A stretch of 64,000 nt of DNA, from assembly GCA_009774255.1 (NCBI GenBank), contig VSNK01000002.1:14143-78142 (forward strand), given 5' to 3'. This document shows positions 1 through 9,823 of the stretch, one piece after another. Below the pieces are notes generated by a model. It worked only from the letters and a program-made list of their open reading frames with translations. It was not told the origin of the DNA and made no database searches. This stretch comes from Faecalicatena sp. Lineage in GTDB: Bacteria; Bacillota; Clostridia; Lachnospirales; Lachnospiraceae. Numbering within the stretch: position 1 is the stretch's first letter; every line of letters starts with the position of its first letter. The position numbers and the translations under genes are program-made.

Positions 1-1505
1 CCGTACTGCCCATGTCCGCCGGACTGCTTCTTATACTTGGTGTCCACATCGGAATTCTTGCGGATCGTCTCACGGAAAGCAACCTTCGGTGTCTCCAGGA
101 TAATCTCCGCCTTATATCTGGACAGCAGCTTGCTCACCACGATCTCCAGATGCTGGTCTCCCATACCGTACAGCAGCGACTGGCGGTTCTCGCTGTCGAT
201 GACAGCCTTCAGGGTCACATCTTCCGCCATCATACGTGAGAGGGACTGGGATACCTTATCTTCCTCGCCTTTATTCTTTACACGGTATCTCATATATGTA
301 TAAGGTACGGAATACTCCGTCTTTGTATACAGTACCTGAGAGCCCTTGGTAGAGAGGGTATCCCCTGTCTTTGTGTTGGCCAGCTTCGCGATGGCGCCGA
401 TATCGCCCGCGAACAGCTCACTGACCTCGGTAGGCTTATTGCCGCACATAATATAGAGCTTGCCCGGCTTTTCTTCTGACTCGCTTCCCGCGTTGAACAG
501 AACATCGTCCCCTTTGAGTACACCCGAGCATACCTTTACAAAGGAATACTTTCCGATGAACGGGTCTACCATGGTCTTAAATACATAGGCGGTCTTCGCC
601 TTGGAGAAATCATAATTGCCTTCAAAAATATCGTTGGTTGTCCGGTTAATTCCCGCACAGGTTCTCTTATCCGGACTCGGGAAGAAACGCACGATATCGG
701 ACAGCAGGTTCGCAGCGCCCTGTGCCTCGATATTGGAACCCATTGCCACCGGCACGATACTGCAGTCCATCACTTCCGTACGCATTGCCGCGCGGATCTC
801 TTCTACGGAAAACTCCTCGCCGCCGAAGTAGCGCTCCATGAATTCCTCGCTGGTCTCTGCCACGGCCTCCATAAGAGAATCACGCAGCGTCTCCAGATTC
901 TCCTTGCAGTAATCCGGGATCTCACATTCCTCACGCTTTCCGATGCCGGTATATCTTCTTCCCGCATTCTTGATGATGTTGATATATCCCACCAGCTTTT
1001 CATTTTCACGGATCGGTTGGAAATGAGGCGCGATCTTCTTGCCGTATCTGGCTGTCAGATCCTCTACCACCTGGCGGAAGCTGGCGTCATCCACATCCAT
1101 CTCCGTCACATAGATCATACGGGGCAGATGGTACTTCTCACACAGCTCCCATGCTTTCTCCGTACCTACCTGAACTCCGGCCTTGCCGGATACCACAATC
1201 ACCGCCGCGTCCGCCGCAGAGACCGCTTCCTCTACCTCCCCGACAAAATCGAAGTATCCCGGGGTGTCCAATATATTGATCTTGGCCTTTTCCCACTCGA
1301 TCGGTACGATACTCGTACTGATGGAAAATCCTCGTTTCTGCTCTTCCTTATCAAAATCACTTGTCGTATTGGACTCGGAAACCTTGCCCATACGCTTTGT
1401 AGCTCCGGATACATATAGCATTGCCTCCACAAGGCTCGTCTTACCGCTGCCCCCGTGTCCAAGCAATACTACGTTTCTGATCTCATCCGTTCTGTAAACC
1501 TTCAT
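1..1505 (-). CDS. Elongation factor G paralog (EF-G2/FusA-like), 3' end runs off the window
   Basis: Not in the ORF track because it is open to the window edge. Manual translation from ATG 1505: MKVYRTDEIRNVVLLGHGGSGKTSL...NILDTPGYFDF...YKKQSGGHGQYG. SD AAGGAGG upstream. Confidence 0.9.
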   Translation of the reverse strand, partial: MKVYRTDEIRNVVLLGHGGSGKTSLVEAMLYVSGATKRMGKVSESNTTSDFDKEEQKRGFSISTSIVPIEWEKAKINILDTPGYFDFVGEVEEAVSAADAAVIVVSGKAGVQVGTEKAWELCEKYHLPRMIYVTEMDVDDASFRQVVEDLTARYGKKIAPHFQPIRENEKLVGYINIIKNAGRRYTGIGKREECEIPDYCKENLETLRDSLMEAVAETSEEFMERYFGGEEFSVEEIRAAMRTEVMDCSIVPVAMGSNIEAQGAANLLSDIVRFFPSPDKRTCAGINRTTNDIFEGNYDFSKAKTAYVFKTMVDPFIGKYSFVKVCSGVLKGDDVLFNAGSESEEKPGKLYIMCGNKPTEVSELFAGDIGAIAKLANTKTGDTLSTKGSQVLYTKTEYSVPYTYMRYRVKNKGEEDKVSQSLSRMMAEDVTLKAVIDSENRQSLLYGMGDQHLEIVVSKLLSRYKAEIILETPKVAFRETIRKNSDVDTKYKKQSGGHGQY

Positions 1506-1626
1506 GCTGCTGCCTCCTTGTTTCTATTTTATGCGCATCTGCTTCTGCAGCCGCACACTCTGTAAATATTGTACTAAACTTCTCCACTTATTACAACTCT
1601 TTTATAAATTTTTAACAGGATTTTTT

Positions 1627-1772
1627 GTTACTTTTAACGGTGCCTTGCACCTTGCTGCAAGGCATCCGGACGATAAAGCACCGATTTCAGACATCTGGTC
1701 CCTCGCCGAAGGCGACTTTATAATGGACCAGATGCGTTACAATTCGCGGCCGGTTAGGCCGTGAATTGTAAC
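1627..1772. mobile_element. Type A structured MITE-like element (diverged copy)
   Basis: Ends GTTACTTTTAAC...GTGAATTGTAAC; 8-bp direct repeat GATTTTTT at 1619-1626 and 1773-1780; three internal hairpins homologous to the copies at 17214, 23214 and 27409. Confidence 0.85.
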
Positions 1773-1874
1773 GATTTTTTCCGCCAAATATCATATGGTT
1801 CCTTTACTTTTATTATTTTAAATGCTAAAATAACTTTGATTTAATTTCAATTTGTATGAGGAGAGGTTCATGCT

Positions 1875-2972
1875 ATGGCGATAAAGAAAGTAGGATTTAT
1901 CGGTCTGGGCCTGATCGGCGGCTCCATCGCGAGGGCGATCCGCCAGTACCACCCTGACTGTGAGATCCTGGCATTTGATAAAAATAAAGAGACTCTGGCC
2001 CTGGCCGTACAGGAGGGGATCATCCACACTTCCTGTTCTTCGATCGACGACAATTTCCGTGACTGCACCTATATCTTCCTGTGCGCTCCGGTTTCATACA
2101 ATACGGCCTACTTAAGCCAGATCAAAAATCATCTCAGCCCGGACTGTATCCTGACCGATGTAGGCAGCGTCAAGACTTCCATTCACAAAAAGGTCATTGC
2201 CCTGGAACTGGAAGAATATTTTATCGGCGGACATCCCATGGCAGGCTCGGAAAAAAACGGATTTATAAATGCAAAGCCGCATCTGATCGAAAATGCATAC
2301 TACATTCTGACCCCTACGGCCAGAGTATCCGAAGAGAAGGTCAATGCTTACAGGGACTTTGTGGCCTCCCTGAAAGCGCTTCCGATCATACTGGATTATG
2401 AGGAGCACGATTATGTGACGGGAGCCATCAGCCATCTGCCCCATATCATCGCGGCCAGCCTGGTGAACTTCGTGAAGGAGCACGATACCCGGGAGGAACT
2501 GATGAAGATGCTGGCTGCGGGCGGCTTTAAGGATATCACCCGCATCGCCTCCTCCTCGCCTGTCATGTGGCAGCAGATCTGCTTAAAGAACAGGGAAAAT
2601 ATTTCCCGAATACTGGGGGAATTCATCCGGAGTCTGACAGACGCGAAGCAGGCGGTAGACGAAAGCGCGGAAGGGACGCTCTACTCCATGTTCGAGTCTT
2701 CCCGCGATTACCGCAACTCCATGCCGGAAGGCTCTGCGGGACCGATTAAGAAGCAGTTTGCCGTATATTGTGATATCATCGATGAGGCGGGAGGAATCGC
2801 CACAATCGCCACAATCCTCGCCAGCAATATGGTCAACATCAAGAACATCGGCATCATCCACAACCGTGAATTTGAAGAAGGTGTCCTGCGTATTGAATTT
2901 TACGATGAGGATGCTTCCGCGAAAGCAACGGAACTGCTGAAAAAGCACAGATATATCGTGTATGAAGTATAA
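1875..2972 (+). CDS. tyrA: Prephenate dehydrogenase with C-terminal ACT domain
   Basis: GFIGLGLIGGS Rossmann motif, TDVGSVK, GGHPMAGSE, SHLPH, GFKDITRIASS; upstream of aroA. Confidence 0.95.
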   Translation: MAIKKVGFIGLGLIGGSIARAIRQYHPDCEILAFDKNKETLALAVQEGIIHTSCSSIDDNFRDCTYIFLCAPVSYNTAYLSQIKNHLSPDCILTDVGSVKTSIHKKVIALELEEYFIGGHPMAGSEKNGFINAKPHLIENAYYILTPTARVSEEKVNAYRDFVASLKALPIILDYEEHDYVTGAISHLPHIIAASLVNFVKEHDTREELMKMLAAGGFKDITRIASSSPVMWQQICLKNRENISRILGEFIRSLTDAKQAVDESAEGTLYSMFESSRDYRNSMPEGSAGPIKKQFAVYCDIIDEAGGIATIATILASNMVNIKNIGIIHNREFEEGVLRIEFYDEDASAKATELLKKHRYIVYEV

Positions 2973-2973
2973 G

Positions 2974-2999
2974 GTAACTACTTTACGTAACTACTTTAC
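2974..2999. repeat. Perfect 13-bp tandem duplication GTAACTACTTTAC x2
   Basis: Read directly between the tyrA stop and the aroA SD. Confidence 0.9.
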
Positions 3000-3019
3000 A
3001 CAGGAAAGGATAAAATAAC

Positions 3020-4315
3020 ATGGAATTAACGAATATCACTGGTTTAAAAGGAGAAGTGACCGTACCGGGAGATAAATCTATCTCCCACAGGAGCATCATG
3101 TTCGGCTCCATTGCAAAGGGAACCACCGAGGTACATAATTTTCTCCAGGGGGCGGACTGCCTCGCCACCATCGGCTGTTTCCGCAGGATGGGCATTGACA
3201 TCGAGAACAGAGGCAGTTTTGTCCTCATACACGGAAAAGGTCTTCACGGCTTAAGTGCGCCGGACAGCCTTCTGGACGTAGGAAACAGCGGCACCACCAC
3301 AAGGCTGATCTGCGGGATCCTCTCGGGGCAGCCTTTTGACTCCAAGCTCTCAGGTGACGAGTCTTTAAATTCCCGCCCCATGAAGCGGATCATGGAACCC
3401 TTACGCCAGATGGGGGCCAATATTTCCAGCATCCTGAGAAATGACTGCGCGCCGCTCTACATTACTCCGGCACACCTCCGCGGGATCCGCTACGATTCCC
3501 CGGTAGCGTCCGCCCAGGTCAAATCCTGCATCCTGCTTGCCGGACTTTACGCCGAGGGAGAGACCTCCGTTACCGAGCCAAGCCTCTCCCGGAACCATAC
3601 GGAGCTGATGCTGCGGGAGTTCGGAGCGGATCTGCGTTCGGTCTATTCTCTGGACGGGGACACAAAGGCGACCGCCATTATCCGGCCCTGTGAGGAATTA
3701 TACGGACAGAAGATCCACGTCCCCGGCGACATTTCCTCAGCCGCTTATTTTATCGCTGCCGGGCTCGTGATTCCGGATTCCGAGATCCTGATCCGGGATA
3801 TCGGAATCAACCCCACCCGCGCAGGCATCTTAAGAGTCTGTGAGGATATGGGCGCAGATATCACTCTGCTGAACCAGCGGAAAGAGGGCGGCGAGCCTGT
3901 GGCCGATATTCTCGTACGTACCAGCCGGCTCCATGGAATCACCATCAAAGGGGATATCATCCCCACCCTGATCGACGAGATCCCCATTATCGCGGTGATG
4001 GCCGCCATGGCAGAGGGAACTACCTTTATCCGCGATGCGGAGGAACTGAAGGTCAAAGAATCGGACCGGATCGAGACCGTAACCGACAATCTGAAAGCCA
4101 TGGGATGCAATGCCATTCCCACGGCGGACGGAATGGTGATCTGCGGCGGCACTCCCCTCCACGGAGCAACCATCCATACACTGCTGGATCACCGGATCGC
4201 GATGGCTTTCAGCATTGCTGCCCTTGCTGCAGAGGGACATACCAAGATCCTGGACAGCCATTGTGTGGACGTATCCTTCCCTACCTTTTATGATACGTTT
4301 GAAGCGCTGTTATAA
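3020..4315 (+). CDS. aroA: 3-phosphoshikimate 1-carboxyvinyltransferase (EPSP synthase)
   Basis: PGDKSISHR, GNSGTT, SAQVKS, KESDRI and DHRIAM motifs. Confidence 0.97.
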   Translation: MELTNITGLKGEVTVPGDKSISHRSIMFGSIAKGTTEVHNFLQGADCLATIGCFRRMGIDIENRGSFVLIHGKGLHGLSAPDSLLDVGNSGTTTRLICGILSGQPFDSKLSGDESLNSRPMKRIMEPLRQMGANISSILRNDCAPLYITPAHLRGIRYDSPVASAQVKSCILLAGLYAEGETSVTEPSLSRNHTELMLREFGADLRSVYSLDGDTKATAIIRPCEELYGQKIHVPGDISSAAYFIAAGLVIPDSEILIRDIGINPTRAGILRVCEDMGADITLLNQRKEGGEPVADILVRTSRLHGITIKGDIIPTLIDEIPIIAVMAAMAEGTTFIRDAEELKVKESDRIETVTDNLKAMGCNAIPTADGMVICGGTPLHGATIHTLLDHRIAMAFSIAALAAEGHTKILDSHCVDVSFPTFYDTFEALL

Positions 4316-4374
4316 GCTTCCTGTAGGAAATCAAGAAGAAAAAGTTATTTCCTAACAACTCAGCAAAGGATATG

Positions 4375-4395
4375 GATTTATCTGGCGCTCAGTAT
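4375..4395. repeat. Remnant of a type E element (terminal 21 bp)
   Basis: GATTTATCTGGCGCTCAGTAT is identical to 40987-41007; abuts the folK stop codon. Confidence 0.75.
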
Positions 4396-5249
4396 CATAT
4401 TCCGTTATCCGCCAGCATTTCCTGCACGGTCTTTCCATATATCGGGTGACGTTTATAAGGAGCAATCTCACAGAGCGGCTCCAGAACAAAACGCCGTTTG
4501 TGCATCTCTACATGAGGGATGCACAGATCATCCGATTCCAGAACCAGATCATCATAAAAAATCAGATCCAGATCCAGCGTGCGGGGTCCCCAGCGTATGA
4601 TCCGCTCTCTTCCTGCCTCCTGTTCCACCCTGTGCAGCGTCTCAAGCAGTTCCTCCGGCGTGAGCAGCGTGCGCAGTCTCAGACAGGCATTCAGAAAATC
4701 CGCCTGATCCGTCACACCATAGGGAGCTGTCTCATAATACCTGGAAACCTTCTCCACCGCCTTAGCAGCAACTGTTCTGCCCTGTCCGTCCCTGACCGGA
4801 TATCCCGGCAGGGCACCAAGCGAACTTACGGCCTGGTCCAGCAGGGCTTTCCTGTCTCCCATATTGGAACCCAGGGCAATATATGCCGTATGCCACTGCC
4901 GCAGGATCTCCACGGACACCGATTCCAGCGGAAGCCCGATGGGAGCCCAGGGTTTTTTCACTTCGATCTCCACCTTTTCCAACCCCGGGATATGAAGCAG
5001 CAGTTCTTCCGCCATGCTCTCCGCAGCCCGCTCAATCAGGGAAAAGGTATGTTCTTTCATAAAGGTATCCATAAGCCGGCAGATTTCCCCATAGTTAATG
5101 GTGGCATTCAGATCATCTGTCTTCCCGGCCTTTCTGATATCCGTATGCAGAACCGCGGATACCAGAAATTTCTGTCCCAGCTTATTTTCCTCCGGATATA
5201 CGCCGTGTCTGGCAAATATCTCCATATTTTCTATCTTAATTTTGTCCAT
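4395..5249 (-). CDS. folK: Bifunctional dihydroneopterin aldolase / HPPK (FolB-FolK fusion)
   Basis: N-terminal HGVYPEENKLGQKF (FolB); C-terminal YIALGSNMGD, RWGPRTLDLD, PH..MHKRRFVLEPL (FolK). Start moved to MDKIK (SD GGAG). Confidence 0.93.
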   Translation of the reverse strand: MDKIKIENMEIFARHGVYPEENKLGQKFLVSAVLHTDIRKAGKTDDLNATINYGEICRLMDTFMKEHTFSLIERAAESMAEELLLHIPGLEKVEIEVKKPWAPIGLPLESVSVEILRQWHTAYIALGSNMGDRKALLDQAVSSLGALPGYPVRDGQGRTVAAKAVEKVSRYYETAPYGVTDQADFLNACLRLRTLLTPEELLETLHRVEQEAGRERIIRWGPRTLDLDLIFYDDLVLESDDLCIPHVEMHKRRFVLEPLCEIAPYKRHPIYGKTVQEMLADNGI

Positions 5250-5312
5250 ATCGCATCTCCATATTTTTACCGCCACAGTAGCGTCTATCCTGATTCTATG
5301 GCATCTTCCCCT

Positions 5313-5392
5313 GTCATTTGAACACATTATGCTCCCGTAGGGTTTTCCGTCATTTGAACACGTTATGCTCTCGCAGGATCGCTTCCGTCATT
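5313..5392. repeat. Degenerate 36-38 bp tandem duplication of the folP 3' end
   Basis: GTCATTTGAACACATTATGCTCCCGTAGG... and GTCATTTGAACACGTTATGCTCTCGCAGG... Confidence 0.8.
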
Positions 5393-6171
5393 TTGACCGC
5401 ACGTAAATTCTTCTCCACGTCATGCACCCGCACAAAAGAGCATCCGCCCAGTATCCCGAGCACGGTTGTCACCAGTGTCCCCTCCTCCCGCTGGTCTGCC
5501 GGAAGCTCCAGCGTCAGCCCGATAACCGATTTCCTGGATACCCCCAGAAGAATGGGATACCCAAGGCATTCCAGTTCTTTCAGGTTTTTCAGCATTTCCA
5601 GATTCATTTCATAAGTTTTTCCAAATCCGATCCCCGGATCCAGAATAATCTGTTCCTCGGAAATCCCTGCTGCCTTTGCAAGCTTCACAGACTCCCGCAG
5701 ATCCCCCAGCACGTCCGGGATAAAATCCGTATATTCCGCCTTCTCCCGGTTATGCATCAGGCAGCAGGGCACGCCCGCCTCTGCGATGACACCGGCCATT
5801 CTGCCGTCATATTTCAATCCCCAGATATCGTTGACCAGATCTGCCCCGGCTTCCAGAGCGGCCCGGGCCACTTCGCTTTTGTATGTATCCACGGATACCG
5901 GCACGTCAAAATGTTCTTTCAGACTGCCAATCACCGGTGCGACACGAGCGATTTCCTCTTCCTCCGAGATCCGCACATAGCCCGGACGCGTGGATTCCCC
6001 TCCCACATCCAGAATATCCGCCCCATTCTCTATCATCTTCTGAGCATGCCGCAGCGCCTCGTCCTCATTCTGAAAACGCCCCCCATCCGAAAACGAATCC
6101 GGTGTCACATTCAGGATTCCCATAATATAGGTCCGATGTCCAATGTCAAATGTCTTCCCGCCTATCTGCAT
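5350..6171 (-). CDS. folP: Dihydropteroate synthase
   Basis: MGILNVTPDSFSDGG, GGESTRPG, DPGIGFGK, SRKS, VRVHDV. Confidence 0.97.
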   Translation of the reverse strand: MQIGGKTFDIGHRTYIMGILNVTPDSFSDGGRFQNEDEALRHAQKMIENGADILDVGGESTRPGYVRISEEEEIARVAPVIGSLKEHFDVPVSVDTYKSEVARAALEAGADLVNDIWGLKYDGRMAGVIAEAGVPCCLMHNREKAEYTDFIPDVLGDLRESVKLAKAAGISEEQIILDPGIGFGKTYEMNLEMLKNLKELECLGYPILLGVSRKSVIGLTLELPADQREEGTLVTTVLGILGGCSFVRVHDVEKNLRAVKMTEAILREHNVFK

Positions 6172-6210
6172 CTTCTTCTCCTTATCGTTAAAGCTATCAC
6201 ATCCTTTGTC

Positions 6211-6774
6211 TTACTTTCCCGTCCCAAGCATCGCAAAAAAAGTATGCTCCAGCTCCGGATACTCCAGAAAGCAGCCTCTTTTGGCCATTGTCACGGTCCT
6301 GCTGCCCGGCTTTTTGATTCCCCGCATGGTCATACACATATGCTCTGCTTCGATCAGAACCATGGCTCCCCTCGGCTGCAGAAAGCGCATCAGCGCATCC
6401 GCAATCTGTCCGGTAAGCTGTTCCTGAATCTGAGGTCTTCTGGCAAAGACCTCTACTGTCCGCGCCAGCTTGCTCAGCCCCACGACCCTTCCGTCCGGAA
6501 TATAAGCGATATGTGCCTTTCCAAAAAAAGGCAGCAGGTGATGTTCACAGGTGGAGTAAAATACAAGATCCTTCTCCAGCACCATCTCATTTTCCTCTGC
6601 CTCAAATGTTTTCCGCAGGTGAACCTCCGCCGTCTCATCCAGACCTCCGTAAATCTCTTCGCACATCCTGGCGATTCTCTCCGGCGTCTCCGCCAGACCT
6701 TCCCGATCCGGATCTTCCCCGATTCCTTCCAGCAAAAGCCGAACCGCCTGCCTTACCTTGTCCTGATCTATCAT
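6211..6774 (-). CDS. folE: GTP cyclohydrolase I
   Basis: [32 protein letters not shown]. Confidence 0.97.
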   Translation of the reverse strand: MIDQDKVRQAVRLLLEGIGEDPDREGLAETPERIARMCEEIYGGLDETAEVHLRKTFEAEENEMVLEKDLVFYSTCEHHLLPFFGKAHIAYIPDGRVVGLSKLARTVEVFARRPQIQEQLTGQIADALMRFLQPRGAMVLIEAEHMCMTMRGIKKPGSRTVTMAKRGCFLEYPELEHTFFAMLGTGK

Positions 6775-6777
6775 CCT

Positions 6778-8133
6778 TTATCCCTCTTCCCTTTTTGTAA
6801 CCAATTTGTGCGATCGCCCGCACGTCATCTTCGAAGCAGACGGACACCCTCGAAGTACCTTCTCTATGACTCTTCCAAGATAAGAAAGAGAACCGAAAGC
6901 CAGAATCACGTCTTCCTTTCCCGCCTCATCCAAAGCCTCATCCACCGCCTGCTCAATAGATTCCATTGCCAGAACCTTCCCTTTACAATAGGGTTCCACG
7001 GCAGTTTTCAATTCTTTTGCAGGCAGGGTACGGTTCCGGTCCGGCAGGCTCACCGTATAGAGCCTGTCTGCCAGCGGAGCCATAATCTCCCCGATCCTTC
7101 CATATTCCTTATCCCGGAATACCCCCATGATGCAAAGGAGCCTCCTCCCCGGGAAATATCTTTCCACAGATTTCCGCAGCCATACGGCCCCGGCCTCGTT
7201 ATGAGCACCGTCCACAATGAATACCGGCTCTTCCGTCACACAGGTAAACCGCCCCGGCCACTGCGCTTTTTCAAATCCTATGCGGACCGCCTCCTCTGTG
7301 ATCCTGTTTCCGGTCCTTTCATTCACCGCCCGGACCGCCTCCCATGCGGTCACCGCATTTAAAATCTGATAGCTTCCTGACACCCGGATTTTCAAATGCT
7401 CCATTCCTCCGTAGGAAAAGGTCTGTCCCAGGTGATCCTCCCGGACAACCACCGCCTCCTCCGGCCTCGCGAACCTCACCGCGCAGCCGCATTTTGCGGC
7501 GCGCCCTTCCAATATCCGCCTGACCTCCGGCTCCTGGGCGGCCGATACGACCGCACAGCCTGCCTTGATGATTCCGGCTTTCTTTTCCGCGATTTCCTCC
7601 ACCGTATCTCCCAGAATTCCCATATGGTCCCGGCTGATGGAAGTAAAAACGGCAGCTACCGTATTGTTTACAATATTCGTGGCATCCTCCGCGCCGCCCA
7701 GCCCGGTCTCCAAGACAACAAGATCACATTGCTTTTTCCTGAAATACAAAAAAGCTATTGCGGTCTCAATCTCAAAAACAGTAGGACTCCCAAGTCCTCT
7801 TGTCTCCATACGCACAATAGCTTTTTGAACTTCTTCAACCAGTTCTGTAAATTCCGCTTCCGGAATCCATTTTCCGTCAATCTGGATCCGCTCCAGATAA
7901 GAGATCACAGTCGGTGAAATATATCTTCCGGTCCGATAGCCTGCCTCACTCAGAATGGTAGAAATAAAAGCAAGCACAGACCCTTTCCCGTTCGTTCCCG
8001 CAACATGTATGAACCGGAGATCCTCCTGGGGATCTCCAAGCTCACGCAGAAGCTCTCGAACCGTATCCAAGCCAAGTACACTTCCGTATTTCGACACCTT
8101 GTCCAAATATACCCTTGCTTCTTTATAGGTCAC
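6778..8133 (-). CDS. folC: Folylpolyglutamate synthase / dihydrofolate synthase
   Basis: IHVAGTNGKGS, ETGLGG..DATN, WPGRF, DGAHN; GTG start at 8133 after SD AAGGA. Confidence 0.95.
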   Translation of the reverse strand: MTYKEARVYLDKVSKYGSVLGLDTVRELLRELGDPQEDLRFIHVAGTNGKGSVLAFISTILSEAGYRTGRYISPTVISYLERIQIDGKWIPEAEFTELVEEVQKAIVRMETRGLGSPTVFEIETAIAFLYFRKKQCDLVVLETGLGGAEDATNIVNNTVAAVFTSISRDHMGILGDTVEEIAEKKAGIIKAGCAVVSAAQEPEVRRILEGRAAKCGCAVRFARPEEAVVVREDHLGQTFSYGGMEHLKIRVSGSYQILNAVTAWEAVRAVNERTGNRITEEAVRIGFEKAQWPGRFTCVTEEPVFIVDGAHNEAGAVWLRKSVERYFPGRRLLCIMGVFRDKEYGRIGEIMAPLADRLYTVSLPDRNRTLPAKELKTAVEPYCKGKVLAMESIEQAVDEALDEAGKEDVILAFGSLSYLGRVIEKVLRGCPSASKMTCGRSHKLVTKREEG

Positions 8134-8235
8134 GTTATTTTCGTTTCCTTTCCGCTCATTTTCTTTTGCCGCGACAGTCATTTATCGTTTGGCCAAAGCA
8201 CTTTCCTGGCATACCCCGGACTGCCGCTGTCAATC

Positions 8236-8264
8236 ATCATAACACTTCCCGCACAATCATACAA
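8236..8264 (-). promoter_or_regulatory. Sigma-A-type promoter of the folate operon
   Basis: TTGTAT-N17-TATGAT with extended TG on the minus strand. Confidence 0.6.
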
Positions 8265-8279
8265 GTGAAAAATAAAAAT

Positions 8280-9674
8280 CTACCCATTCTCACCTCTGCG
8301 CCTTGCCAGCTCCGCTACATTTTCTTCCACACGTGCTTTATTTAGCGGATAGATAAAGAGCAGCGCAAGTGCCACCGCGCCGAGGCCGATTGCCGGAATG
8401 ATACAGGACAGGCTGAAAATTCCGGATGTGACCCCAGGGTCAAACGCAGTCTCCTGGGTATAGCCGATCATACTCAGCAGCCCGCCGATCATGCCGGAGG
8501 AAAATGCCTGTCCCAGCTTCCTTGCGAAAGAGTACACTGAATAAATTGTTCCGTCTTCCCGCACACCGTTCTTTACCTCCGCGTCATCGATCACATCCGT
8601 GATCATGGCCCAGATCACCGTATTAAAAAATCCAAGCCCCACATAGGCCAGTGTGTAGAACATCACGTATACATAAGGATTCTGAGGTTTTACGAAGAGA
8701 CAGAGCAGATACACGGCCGCTCCAAACGCACAGGATACGATCGAAAGCTCTTTCTTTCCAAATCGCGCGGCCAGCCTCGAAGCCAGGGGCGCACAGATCA
8801 CGAGCATGACAACACTTCCGGAAAGCGCCGAGACAGACTGTGCAGCCGCGGAGCCATAATAGTTCGGGAATACATAGCCTGCCATTCCCTGCATGCCAAG
8901 CATCCCCAAAAGCAGCAGGATCGCCGCCGCGATAATGCCGAGCAGGGCACGGTTGGTCACCAGGCTCTTCAGCAGCTTCCCGATCTCCAGCTTCTGATTA
9001 TTGGCTTCTACCGGCACACGTTCCCGCACGAGACGGAAGCATAACAGATAACAGATAATGGCCAGTACACTGAACACACCGGCAATGATTGTCATACGGG
9101 AACCGGAAAGCACGGTATTGCCGTCAACCACTACAAAAGCCACCATCGGTGTCCCCACTCCGATCACAAGCCCCGCAAGCGTCGCCCCGATGGTACGCCA
9201 GGTGGAAAGCTCCGCGCGGTGCTTTGGATCCGCGGAAACAGCCGACGCCATAGAGCCATAAGGAATATTGATAGACGTATAGAAAATAGAGCCCCACAAA
9301 ATATACGTAACCACCATCCAGACGATCCGGAACCCGTAGGACATTTCCGCAAATGCAGACTGATAGATCAGAAATGAGGCGATTGCCACCGGCCCGCACA
9401 TCCGCTTGATCCATGGCCTGAATTTCCCGTCCTTTGTCGGTTTTGACCGGTCTACGATCTGCCCCATGGTCACATCTGTCACCGCGTCCACAAACCGGGC
9501 CGCCATCATCAAAAATCCCACGACCGCCGCCGATACCCCCATCACATCCGTATAAAATTTCAGCATAAAAGAAGAAGACAGGATAAATGTAAAATCGTTT
9601 CCAAAATCTCCGAACATATATCCCAGCTTATCTTTCATGCCGAATGGCTCTATGGCCGTTTTTTCTTTTTCCAT
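8280..9674 (-). CDS. GPH-family (MelB-like) sugar:cation symporter, MFS
   Basis: DKLGYMFGDFGN, ARFVDAVTD, GKFRPW, NIPYGSM; about 12 hydrophobic segments. Confidence 0.9.
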   Translation of the reverse strand: MEKEKTAIEPFGMKDKLGYMFGDFGNDFTFILSSSFMLKFYTDVMGVSAAVVGFLMMAARFVDAVTDVTMGQIVDRSKPTKDGKFRPWIKRMCGPVAIASFLIYQSAFAEMSYGFRIVWMVVTYILWGSIFYTSINIPYGSMASAVSADPKHRAELSTWRTIGATLAGLVIGVGTPMVAFVVVDGNTVLSGSRMTIIAGVFSVLAIICYLLCFRLVRERVPVEANNQKLEIGKLLKSLVTNRALLGIIAAAILLLLGMLGMQGMAGYVFPNYYGSAAAQSVSALSGSVVMLVICAPLASRLAARFGKKELSIVSCAFGAAVYLLCLFVKPQNPYVYVMFYTLAYVGLGFFNTVIWAMITDVIDDAEVKNGVREDGTIYSVYSFARKLGQAFSSGMIGGLLSMIGYTQETAFDPGVTSGIFSLSCIIPAIGLGAVALALLFIYPLNKARVEENVAELARRRGENG

Positions 9675-9823
9675 ATCATTTCCCCTTTTCTCATGAAATT
9701 CTCTCAGAAGATTCTCCGCCGCGATTCACGGTGCGTTACTCTTCTTCTGCTTATTTCAGATATTTTGCACAGAATATCCACTCCTATGCATATCAGGGAA
9801 ATGAAAATCTTTTTGGAAATTTT

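Noticed and set aside
5422..7362. 646-aa plus-strand ORF, and similar long ORFs at 4446, 9902, 12187, 30577, 45671, 51312 and 58470
   Set aside because: Antisense shadows of well-supported genes; no motifs, atypical composition.
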